NCBI GenBank assembly: GCA_028867755.1
Contig: JAGWFT010000002.1
Location: 192,001-256,000, forward strand
DNA length: 64,000 nt
Direction: 5' to 3'
Source: Nitrososphaerota archaeon
GTDB taxonomy: Archaea; Thermoproteota; Nitrososphaeria; Nitrososphaerales; Nitrosopumilaceae
Below, piece by piece: positions 49,807 to 57,664 of the stretch. The position numbers and the translations under genes were made by a program. The notes beneath the pieces are model-generated. The model was not told where the DNA came from, did not search any database, and saw only the letters and a program-made list of their open reading frames with translations. The stretch's first letter is position 1; each line of letters begins with the position of its first letter.

Positions 49807-49912
49807 ATCTGAGATTTGCTTTATGAAAGTGCATTAAAGAAAGAAATCCAAATGATTTTGCCTATTTTATCAACTCCTTTTACTTTTTATTGGAATTGTA
49901 TTATGCAGTAGC

Positions 49913-50125
49913 ATGCAAATAGGAACGCCAATGATGGGTGTAGGAATAATTATTCTTGCGTTTGGTGTACTTTTCTTTTTGCAAGGAAACTCGATTGTTG
50001 GTCCCCACTCATCTTTCATGTACTCTAATCCTAAATGGATTGTAAATGGCGAGTTGATATCTTCTGTGGGTGTTGGGATTATTGGACTGGGAATTGGAAT
50101 TAGCTTACGACGCCCAAGGTCATAG
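49913..50125 (+). CDS. Small two-TM membrane protein
   Basis: GVLFFLQG..IVGP.SSFMYSNPKWIVNG between two TM segments. Confidence 0.6.
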   Translation: MQIGTPMMGVGIIILAFGVLFFLQGNSIVGPHSSFMYSNPKWIVNGELISSVGVGIIGLGIGISLRRPRS

Positions 50126-50330
50126 TTGACCTAACTTTTTCCATCTTTCTGATCTTCTTTGTGATTAGGTTATCCAGTTGGGTATCAGTGCTTGCTTCTG
50201 CTTCTACCACGATATCATAGTCTCCATAGACAACTCTTGCGTCCTTGACCTTGTCCATATGCTTTATCTTCTCTACTATCTCGCCTTCTGCGCCAAGTTC
50301 GCAGCCAATCAAAATGTATGCTTTTTCCAT
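50100..50330 (-). CDS. Stand-alone Lrp/AsnC ligand-binding (RAM) domain
   Basis: AYILI...VYGDYDIVVEAE...IRKMEKVRSTMTL; no HTH. Confidence 0.85.
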   Translation of the reverse strand: MEKAYILIGCELGAEGEIVEKIKHMDKVKDARVVYGDYDIVVEAEASTDTQLDNLITKKIRKMEKVRSTMTLGVVS

Positions 50331-50486
50331 AGTAGATATCCAATATCATCTTCTTTAAATCCTTCTTGGGCTTTCATGTATTTTTATTCTTGTCAGCCTT
50401 CAGAAATCTAATTTATTTGCTAGATTTTATAGTAGGATAAGGAATTAGTTCTAGAGTTTTTAAATGCCCTGTATCTAACAAACCTT

Positions 50487-50753
50487 ATGGGACTTTTTGG
50501 TAAGACAAAACAAAAAGACAAGAATGTAGAAAAACTAAGCGCCTTATTTGACAAGTTCGACTATCCGCATCTTGAAAAACTGTGTGCCGACGTGATAAAA
50601 ATATCTCCAAGACCACCTGGCGGTGAACATTTGGAGAGAATACAGTATCTAGAGTTTGTCTGGGAACAATACAAGAAAGGGACAGTCAATTTTCAGCAAA
50701 TCGAGGATTTTGCAGTAAGTCAAGAAATAATTCCAAAAGATTTCTTTGAGTAA
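50487..50753 (+). CDS. Hypothetical protein
   Basis: 88-aa ORF with plausible composition after an AT-rich promoter-like region. Confidence 0.6.
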   Translation: MGLFGKTKQKDKNVEKLSALFDKFDYPHLEKLCADVIKISPRPPGGEHLERIQYLEFVWEQYKKGTVNFQQIEDFAVSQEIIPKDFFE

Positions 50754-50760
50754 ATTTTTA

Positions 50761-52251
50761 TCAAGTGGATATTTCTAGAGTCTTGAGAACATTTGTTTTA
50801 AGATCATAGACTCGTATTAGGTGATTGTTGGTGTCTGAAATGTATATCTTGTCTTGATAAATCTCCACATCGCTTGGTTCATAGAGTTCAAGTGAATCAC
50901 AATTTGGATCATCAAGCCTGCAAATTCCAGACATACCCTGCTTTCCAATCAGTGTTGACATCTTTTCGTTTTTCAAATCTATGACTCTTAATGCAGAGTT
51001 GTAAGTGTCTGCAACAAAAATTTGATTTGATATGACGCATAATCCTAGAGGATGTTGTAAGAGTGCCTCGTCAAGGTGACCATCTTTGTATCCAAAGGCA
51101 AAAAGCCCTTGCCCTACAATCGTTCTAACATAGCCAGACTGTAGATCTATCTCGCGAATTGATGAGGTTTCACTGTCTGCAAAGTATAAACTGTTATCAC
51201 GTATTGAAAGACCGCTTGGCTGAGCAAGTTGCGCCTGCATTCTATTCCCATCTATGATGTTCTCATGACCATTTCCAGCAAAAGGTAGAACCATACCTGT
51301 CTTGATGTCATACGTCCATATCTGATGGTTTCCTGCCATTGCAATGAAAATGAGATTGTCTCTTACAGCAACATCCCACGGTGAAGAAAGCGATGTCTCT
51401 TTTCCTTTTCCTCCACTTGATACCCATGATCCTTGTTTTCCTGTACCTGCAACAGTTACTACATTTCTTGCAATCAGGTCTATCTTTCGTATGGCGTGGT
51501 TTTCAGTATCGGCAACAAAGATGAGGTCATCTTTCCAAACTACTCCCTGTGGCCTAAAAAATGAGGTTTTTACAAAACTTCCATCGACCAGTCCTGTCTT
51601 TCCGTTTCCTACGATATGCTCAATTTTACCTGTCATGTCGGTTATTATGATTCTGTTGTGATTTGAATCAGAAATTGCTATCTTGTTATTTGATATTGAT
51701 ATCTTGCCTGGGTAGGAAAGAACTGCCTTGTCTTGTGAAATGTGGTGGGTAATTTTGATTGGCTCTTTGGCAAGACCTCCATTTTTGCCATATTTTTCTA
51801 GCAGAACATCGATGGTATCCTCTATCACTTCTTTTTGGCCCTCACCAGATTGCTTGTAGACTACAATACCGTTTGGATCAATAATTACAATTGTAGGCCA
51901 GCCGCTCACGTCATATTTTTGCCAGATTGTCATTTGTTTATCGACTAAAACAGGATGTGATATTTCATAACGCTTCACGGCCTGTTCTATGTTCTTCCTA
52001 TCCTGCTCGTTGAAGAATTTTGCAGAATGGACTCCTATGAATACAACCGGCCTTTTCTCATATTTTCTTTCAAGCTGGGAAAGAATTGGTAATGTATGCA
52101 TGCAATTTATACAACAATACGTCCAAAAGTCTAAAACCACCACATGTCCTCTGAGTTTTTCAAGTGAGAGGGGCTCGGTTGAATTAATCCAGTCAAAACC
52201 TAATGGAAATTCTGGAGCCATTGTGACTCTGGTATAAAACTTGTCGAACAC
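50761..52251 (-). CDS. Thioredoxin-like plus NHL-repeat protein (NHLRC2/SOQ1-like)
   Basis: DFWTYCCINC, GVHSAKF, WPT; NHL repeats (ISDSNHNRI, VADTENHAIR, FADSETSSIR, ADTYNSALR). Confidence 0.9.
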   Translation of the reverse strand: MFDKFYTRVTMAPEFPLGFDWINSTEPLSLEKLRGHVVVLDFWTYCCINCMHTLPILSQLERKYEKRPVVFIGVHSAKFFNEQDRKNIEQAVKRYEISHPVLVDKQMTIWQKYDVSGWPTIVIIDPNGIVVYKQSGEGQKEVIEDTIDVLLEKYGKNGGLAKEPIKITHHISQDKAVLSYPGKISISNNKIAISDSNHNRIIITDMTGKIEHIVGNGKTGLVDGSFVKTSFFRPQGVVWKDDLIFVADTENHAIRKIDLIARNVVTVAGTGKQGSWVSSGGKGKETSLSSPWDVAVRDNLIFIAMAGNHQIWTYDIKTGMVLPFAGNGHENIIDGNRMQAQLAQPSGLSIRDNSLYFADSETSSIREIDLQSGYVRTIVGQGLFAFGYKDGHLDEALLQHPLGLCVISNQIFVADTYNSALRVIDLKNEKMSTLIGKQGMSGICRLDDPNCDSLELYEPSDVEIYQDKIYISDTNNHLIRVYDLKTNVLKTLEIST

Positions 52252-52301
52252 ATTTGAATGATAGATACATGATAATAAAAATTCTTACTAGTAATTTTTA
52301 T

Positions 52302-52412
52302 CTAATCTTTAGGTACTGAGAAATAAAATGTGGTTCCTTCTCCTTCTTCACTTTCAAACCGGATCTACCAGGATGTAAGTGATTGATGGAATTAGTCGAC
52401 AAAACACCTAAT
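52302..52412 (-). pseudogene. Remnant of a histidine-kinase HATPase C-terminus
   Basis: Minus strand reads ...LHPGR / (1-nt frameshift) IRFESEEGEGTTFYFSVPKD*, matching the HGGRIWxESxxGxGTTFYF pattern. Confidence 0.6.
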
Positions 52413-52482
52413 TCTCAATATAAGAAACAATGTTAAATTGGAGCATGTCCTAGGTTTTCAACTTTTTCACAAACCTTTTTGA

Positions 52483-53337
52483 TCATGTTCTATTTTTTGT
52501 TATGATAAATTTTCCTCCAAGTATCATTTGATTTGAAAATATTGTTTCTTTTTTCTTATCATCACTAAGAATTGTTGAAAAGTTAGAAGTAGTTTTAATT
52601 ACAGTGCCAGAATATTTGTCAGATGAATTTGTTAATTCAATATGATCACCTTCTGCAAAAGGCAACTGCTGGTTAGAGGGAACCTCTTTTGTTATTCTAA
52701 TATTACCTTGAATTATAGCACTGTTTGGAACAACGTATTCCGCACCTTGCTCAGTCATTACTTTTGTGTACATCATGGTTATTTCTTCGATTTTTCCTCG
52801 AACATTGTCGTTTACTATGACTACAGAATCGCCTATCTTGGCAGGAAATGTAGTAAGCATCAATCCGCCTGAAAAAATATTTCCTATTATTGTTGAGGTG
52901 CCGATTCCGAATACAATGGCTGTCACACCTCCACCAACAAGAATCTCCTGTGGGTCGACATCCCATTGATACAATATTGATATGCATGTGATTAAAGCAA
53001 TGAATACAATTACAAAAAATGAAAGCCCTGAAGAAATTCGTGGGTGAATTTTATTTGAAAATTTATGCAAAATACGTCGTGTAATTATGATGATTACAAG
53101 TGAGATAGTAATTGTGATTACACTACCTACTATTTGAATATGAGAGTGTTTTAAGCCAATTATTGGTCCAGCGAAGATCTCAAAGATATACAGAGTGGAC
53201 CATGATCCAATTACTATGATGAATGTTTTTATTGCAAGGCTTGAGAGTTCTTTTCGTAAGGTAGATTGTTGTTTAGAATTGAATAATATTTTTTCATCTT
53301 TACCATAATTTCTCATAGTCTTTACATCTTCTAACAC
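52483..53337 (-). CDS. Small-conductance mechanosensitive channel (MscS-like)
   Basis: TM segments, IGNIFSGG, FPAKIGDSV, GKIEEITMMYT, VVPNSAI. Confidence 0.85.
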   Translation of the reverse strand: MLEDVKTMRNYGKDEKILFNSKQQSTLRKELSSLAIKTFIIVIGSWSTLYIFEIFAGPIIGLKHSHIQIVGSVITITISLVIIIITRRILHKFSNKIHPRISSGLSFFVIVFIALITCISILYQWDVDPQEILVGGGVTAIVFGIGTSTIIGNIFSGGLMLTTFPAKIGDSVVIVNDNVRGKIEEITMMYTKVMTEQGAEYVVPNSAIIQGNIRITKEVPSNQQLPFAEGDHIELTNSSDKYSGTVIKTTSNFSTILSDDKKKETIFSNQMILGGKFIITKNRT

Positions 53338-53516
53338 GTTCTAATAGATAAAAATTTGGAATAAATCCAAGTACACACTGCAAATCCCCCGCATACAATA
53401 ACAATGGTCATCAAACTCTGTTTTAGTCCACTATCTTGTTCTATACTGGATTGCTCCAACATGTCAATGATATGATTACGTAGAACAATTGCATCAACTA
53501 CGTGTCTTTGTTCCAT
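53331..53516 (-). CDS. Possible small hypothetical membrane protein
   Basis: 61-aa ORF with one hydrophobic stretch, overlapping the MscS start. Confidence 0.3.
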   Translation of the reverse strand: MEQRHVVDAIVLRNHIIDMLEQSSIEQDSGLKQSLMTIVIVCGGFAVCTWIYSKFLSIRTC

Positions 53517-53554
53517 ATTTAGAGTTCCAAGTATACTGTCATCTTTTTTAAGAC

Positions 53555-53980
53555 ATGGATGATCACTTGTGTATGGTAGGATTATTTAGCAAAGAAAAAG
53601 CATTTTGTACTGTTTGCAAGAAGGAACTATCCCACAAGCACAAGCCAAAGAAAAGCTGGAATGTAACAGGTTCGCTGTGTGGCAATTGCCATGTAGATTT
53701 GATGAAAGAACATTTTGAAGACGACAATGACAACAAGTGTGTTCTTTGTGGTGCAACACCTGGTTCATTTAATTTATGGAAATCAAAAAAAGAATGGGGA
53801 GTACAAGGGTGGCTATGTAAGCCTTGTTTTGATCAAAAAGAAAAACAAGATGATGAATTGAAAAAATTTTGTTGCCTATGCGGTGCAAAGGTTGGTTTTA
53901 TCAGCTATGCACCAAAAAAAGAGTGGAATCTAAAAGGACAGGTATGTAAAAACTGCTGGAACTCTAGAACAAAAAATTAG
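53555..53980 (+). CDS. Cys-rich protein with three CxxC...W.(V/L).G.(L/V)CxxC repeats
   Basis: CTVC..WNVTGSLCGNC; CVLC..WGVQGWLCKPC; CCLC..WNLKGQVCKNC. Confidence 0.75.
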   Translation: MDDHLCMVGLFSKEKAFCTVCKKELSHKHKPKKSWNVTGSLCGNCHVDLMKEHFEDDNDNKCVLCGATPGSFNLWKSKKEWGVQGWLCKPCFDQKEKQDDELKKFCCLCGAKVGFISYAPKKEWNLKGQVCKNCWNSRTKN

Positions 53981-53997
53981 TTTGTAATTCTGATATG

Positions 53998-55197
53998 TTA
54001 GAAACCTGCTGCAATAGGATCCGATGGTTTCATTACCTCTCGCAATAAAATGGTTGCGTATGAGCCTCTTGAAAGTGTGAAACTCACATGTGGTTGGCTT
54101 GTTACAAAATCTTTGCAGATGATAACTGCATGTCTGAATCCGCCTTCTCCACTTATCTCCTGCATCTCTTTTACAAAAAAATCCTTTGAGCTTATCTGTT
54201 CTTCTTGAAGGATTTTTGATATCTGATAGTCAAACCTGTTTCTCTTTGAATATGAATAGCCAACAAGTGGTATGGCTAGATTTTGATCTGGGTCATTTTG
54301 ATATCTACCAAGATTGTCATCCTTGTCATAGCACACGTCATCTGCTTGTGGTTGAAATAGATTCTCTCCCATTTCATATGCCATGCTGATAACACGATTA
54401 AAAATAAATGATTGATATGCCTCAACAAAAAACCTTCTCAGCGATATGGGTATAATGCGTAATGCCTTTAGAGCATCACCATGCTCTATCATTTCCTTTA
54501 GGACGACTCTCTCAATGTCCATCTGGGGGGGAACATCATTGAAGACCTTTGAATAGTTTGTTCTGTCCTTGAGAAGTTCTCTAATTTTGTTGTTTTCAGG
54601 AAGGTCATATTCTGAGGTATACCCAAGCATGATTTCAATAACTTGGTCAAAATTTCTCTGTATCATTGCCTTTCCTATTAGGTGAGATACTGCCCTCTTG
54701 CTCCCAAATCTTTGGTAGCCGTAAAAGTTTAGAACCTTGTCATACTGGTCAAAGCCTGAAATCTTTGAAAAATCAGCATCCTCTATTTTGATCTTAAAGC
54801 GATTTCCAACCATATCCTTCTTTGTAAGTGGTTTTTGTACAAAACCTATTCTTTCAAGCGTATACCTGTTTGTTGTTATGTTTTCATGTGTATGTGATGT
54901 AGACATGTCGCAAACAAATTGTTCAGTTATAGCATTTGCATCCTTTAACCCAAGAGCTTTTAATCGCAGGCCATATTTTTTTAATATGTCTGAGAGAGCA
55001 TGGTTTGTATCAATTCCAGATTTTTTTAATCTAAAGACAGCATAATTTCCAGATTTTGAAATTTTGTCAAGTGTTTTCTCTCGCAAGACCTCTGACACAA
55101 AGAATTGATCCTGTGTTGTTCGTATCCTTCCTCCAGTACCCTGAGTCTTGGTGCTATAGATAGAAATTCCAATTATGTTATCTAATTTTGGAACCAC
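53998..55197 (-). CDS. truD: tRNA pseudouridine(13) synthase
   Basis: FFVSE, GLKDANAITEQ, GNRFKI, NFYGYQRFG, FTLSRGSYATILLRE. Confidence 0.95.
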   Translation of the reverse strand: MVPKLDNIIGISIYSTKTQGTGGRIRTTQDQFFVSEVLREKTLDKISKSGNYAVFRLKKSGIDTNHALSDILKKYGLRLKALGLKDANAITEQFVCDMSTSHTHENITTNRYTLERIGFVQKPLTKKDMVGNRFKIKIEDADFSKISGFDQYDKVLNFYGYQRFGSKRAVSHLIGKAMIQRNFDQVIEIMLGYTSEYDLPENNKIRELLKDRTNYSKVFNDVPPQMDIERVVLKEMIEHGDALKALRIIPISLRRFFVEAYQSFIFNRVISMAYEMGENLFQPQADDVCYDKDDNLGRYQNDPDQNLAIPLVGYSYSKRNRFDYQISKILQEEQISSKDFFVKEMQEISGEGGFRHAVIICKDFVTSQPHVSFTLSRGSYATILLREVMKPSDPIAAGF

Positions 55198-55200
55198 TTC

Positions 55201-56751
55201 TTACTGTATAGTGACTGTAACAAATTGTGACATTGTTACATCTTGGTATCTTGCAGCAATTACTACCTTGTAGGTCCCTGAAAGAGCAAAGTTGTCAGCC
55301 AAAAGATTTACTGATACTATTTTTTGTTTGTCAAGTGTAATTGTCTTATCACTTGTTGTAACATTAAGGTCTTGCTCGCCTGCAGTCTGCTGTGTCAATA
55401 TCTGAACTTTATCGCTTAGTTGTCCACTTGGGATAAGTGTTACATTCACAGTTGAATTCTGGCCTCTATGCAGTGTAATATCTGAAGATGATACATTTAG
55501 GGCAAGTGGTAGTGGAATAGTTGTATCAAGTACACCAATGTTATTTTCAACCCATTCTGGAAACCATACTTTGTTATTTGCAACTGTAAATTCTAGTACT
55601 TGAGCTACTCCACAGTCTGTTTGGTTGCCACAGTCTGACCAGTTGGGGTTCTTTGATGGTACCAGATATTCTACAAGGGATTCTTTTGTGGGATCAAATA
55701 CTGCCAACGAATTTGCCACCTGTTCGTTGAACCAGAGTTTTCCTTGATTGTCAAATTGATTCCAATATGGCCTTGTAATTGGAGTCTTGATTAATCCTGA
55801 AACATTACCATATGTTGAGAGTTGGGGTAGTGGAGTAATGTATTTTGTAAATTGCTGGGAATGTGGATCGAAGCTGACAAACATACTACTTGCAGTATCC
55901 GTGACCCATACTCTGCCATCTGCCCCAATCGAGAGTCCATTTGGTGCCTGAATTCCAGAAGGAAGTGTATAGTTTGAGTACTGTGATGTTTGAGGATCAT
56001 ATCTTACAAGATCGCCACCTAGTTGGTAGTTCCATATTGTATACCAAATCTTGTTTGAAGAATCGACTCTTATATCGCTTGTAAAGTTAAAGTTTCCAGG
56101 AGAAAGAATATTTGTTGCTTGCAGGTTAGATCCTGTTTGGTCTGTACTGAAGATAGCAACTTTTCTTCCCGTAAAGTCATTTACTATGATATCAGAACCA
56201 TCAGCCCTTAGCATCTGGGGAAATGACTCTGATTGACCTTGGGTCCTTGGAAATATGAAACTTGAATAATTCTTTGCTTGAGTATTGAATTCCCAAATCA
56301 AGTTATGCTGTGAATCGCTAAACCAAATATTTCCATTAGGTGCATAGTAAATTCCCCACATCATTGATTTCTCTCCCTTTTGCCATAATGGGTTGTCAAA
56401 TTCGTGAAATGAACTAGTGGCAGGAACATATTCTGCGATATTTCCTGTATTGGACTCAGTAAACCAGACATTGCCAGATGGATCAGTGGTAACAGCAAGA
56501 GGCTGTGTACACAGAGTTGGGATCTTGTACTCGCTAATGTATTTGGTTGATCCTGTCATGTTATCGCTTTGGCAAAAAGTTGTTCGCTTGTCAGGAGGAT
56601 AATTGTCTTCTGGAGTTCCGGTCAAAACAACTGGTGGGGCAGTCTGTTGTGGGTTACCATGAAAGTAGCCTGCCCCCACTACAGCAATAGTTGAGAGTAT
56701 GAAAACTGACATAAATGCAATAGCTAAAAGCTTTTTTAGGTTCTTCTTCAC
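55201..56751 (-). CDS. Exported Vgb (virginiamycin B lyase)-like beta-propeller protein with C-terminal Ig-like domain
   Basis: Signal/anchor; repeats DPSGNVWFTE, APNGNIWFSD, GADGRVWVTD, DNQGKLWFNE, NNKVWFPE. Confidence 0.78.
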   Translation of the reverse strand: MKKNLKKLLAIAFMSVFILSTIAVVGAGYFHGNPQQTAPPVVLTGTPEDNYPPDKRTTFCQSDNMTGSTKYISEYKIPTLCTQPLAVTTDPSGNVWFTESNTGNIAEYVPATSSFHEFDNPLWQKGEKSMMWGIYYAPNGNIWFSDSQHNLIWEFNTQAKNYSSFIFPRTQGQSESFPQMLRADGSDIIVNDFTGRKVAIFSTDQTGSNLQATNILSPGNFNFTSDIRVDSSNKIWYTIWNYQLGGDLVRYDPQTSQYSNYTLPSGIQAPNGLSIGADGRVWVTDTASSMFVSFDPHSQQFTKYITPLPQLSTYGNVSGLIKTPITRPYWNQFDNQGKLWFNEQVANSLAVFDPTKESLVEYLVPSKNPNWSDCGNQTDCGVAQVLEFTVANNKVWFPEWVENNIGVLDTTIPLPLALNVSSSDITLHRGQNSTVNVTLIPSGQLSDKVQILTQQTAGEQDLNVTTSDKTITLDKQKIVSVNLLADNFALSGTYKVVIAARYQDVTMSQFVTVTIQ

Positions 56752-56885
56752 TGAAAAAGAGGCAGTTTTTACCTCGTTATATCTTATACGAAGATATAGT
56801 TTCTATGAAAGAAGACTGATACTTTGTAGAACAATTCTGAATCTCATTCTATAAGATAGATATTAAACATAAGAGGGAGTACTTT

Positions 56886-57116
56886 GTGTCAAGTGAAGAT
56901 GATCTAGAAAGGCTAAAGCTCTTGAATGTAGTGATGAGTAGAGGAATTCATGCACTATCGCGGGATGATCTTGAGCGCCTTCACTATCTTGTAGAACAAA
57001 AAGACTACAGTCATGACAAAAAAGCACAAAAGTCAAAGAAAAAACTTCTCAAAAAAATTGCAATTGCAATTTATGATCAAGATGAAAAATATGGCAATTC
57101 ATTTAAAATAAGCTAG
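56886..57116 (+). CDS. Hypothetical protein
   Basis: 76-aa helical ORF with GTG start after a GA-rich site. Confidence 0.6.
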   Translation: MSSEDDLERLKLLNVVMSRGIHALSRDDLERLHYLVEQKDYSHDKKAQKSKKKLLKKIAIAIYDQDEKYGNSFKIS

Positions 57117-57131
57117 AAGGAAAGTCAGGCG

Positions 57132-57626
57132 ATGCTAGGCGACTTTATACATGCAATATTCAGTGACGCGTTGTTCATAAAATATGGTCTTCTGGGGCTT
57201 TTTTTCAATGGCATGTTTTCTTCGTTTATTCCAATTCCGACAGAGATCACAACCTCTACACTGCTTTTGGGAGGTGCAAACCCAGTTGATGTCTTTTTGG
57301 TTCTAACAGTTGGTTCTATAATTGGGGGCTACATTGCTTACTATCTTGGGTATAACGGAAGGCTGATTGGGAAATTCCGAAAATCTACTCCAAAATATGA
57401 ACAAAAAAGTGTGAACATAATGACAAAGTATGGTTGGAGCACAGTAATTTTCTTTTCTCCTTGGATTCCAATACTTGGAGATATTGTATCTATCATAGCT
57501 GGGACCAAAAAATACAACATAATAAAATATTCTATTGCCATGACAACTGGTAAGATAGTAAAATCTGTTGCAATAGTATTTTTCAGCATACACTTTCTGC
57601 ACTTGTTATTTCACATTATACATTAG
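57132..57626 (+). CDS. DedA/VTT (YqaA-like) membrane protein
   Basis: FIPIPTE, GSIIGGYIAYYLG, PILGD, GKIVK. Confidence 0.88.
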   Translation: MLGDFIHAIFSDALFIKYGLLGLFFNGMFSSFIPIPTEITTSTLLLGGANPVDVFLVLTVGSIIGGYIAYYLGYNGRLIGKFRKSTPKYEQKSVNIMTKYGWSTVIFFSPWIPILGDIVSIIAGTKKYNIIKYSIAMTTGKIVKSVAIVFFSIHFLHLLFHIIH

Positions 57627-57664
57627 GTCAAAGGTATATTACTTGTATATTAGAACCAAATCCT

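Noticed and set aside
55201-56751. Antibiotic resistance call (vgb)
   Set aside because: Only fold-level similarity; exported, with no supporting resistance context
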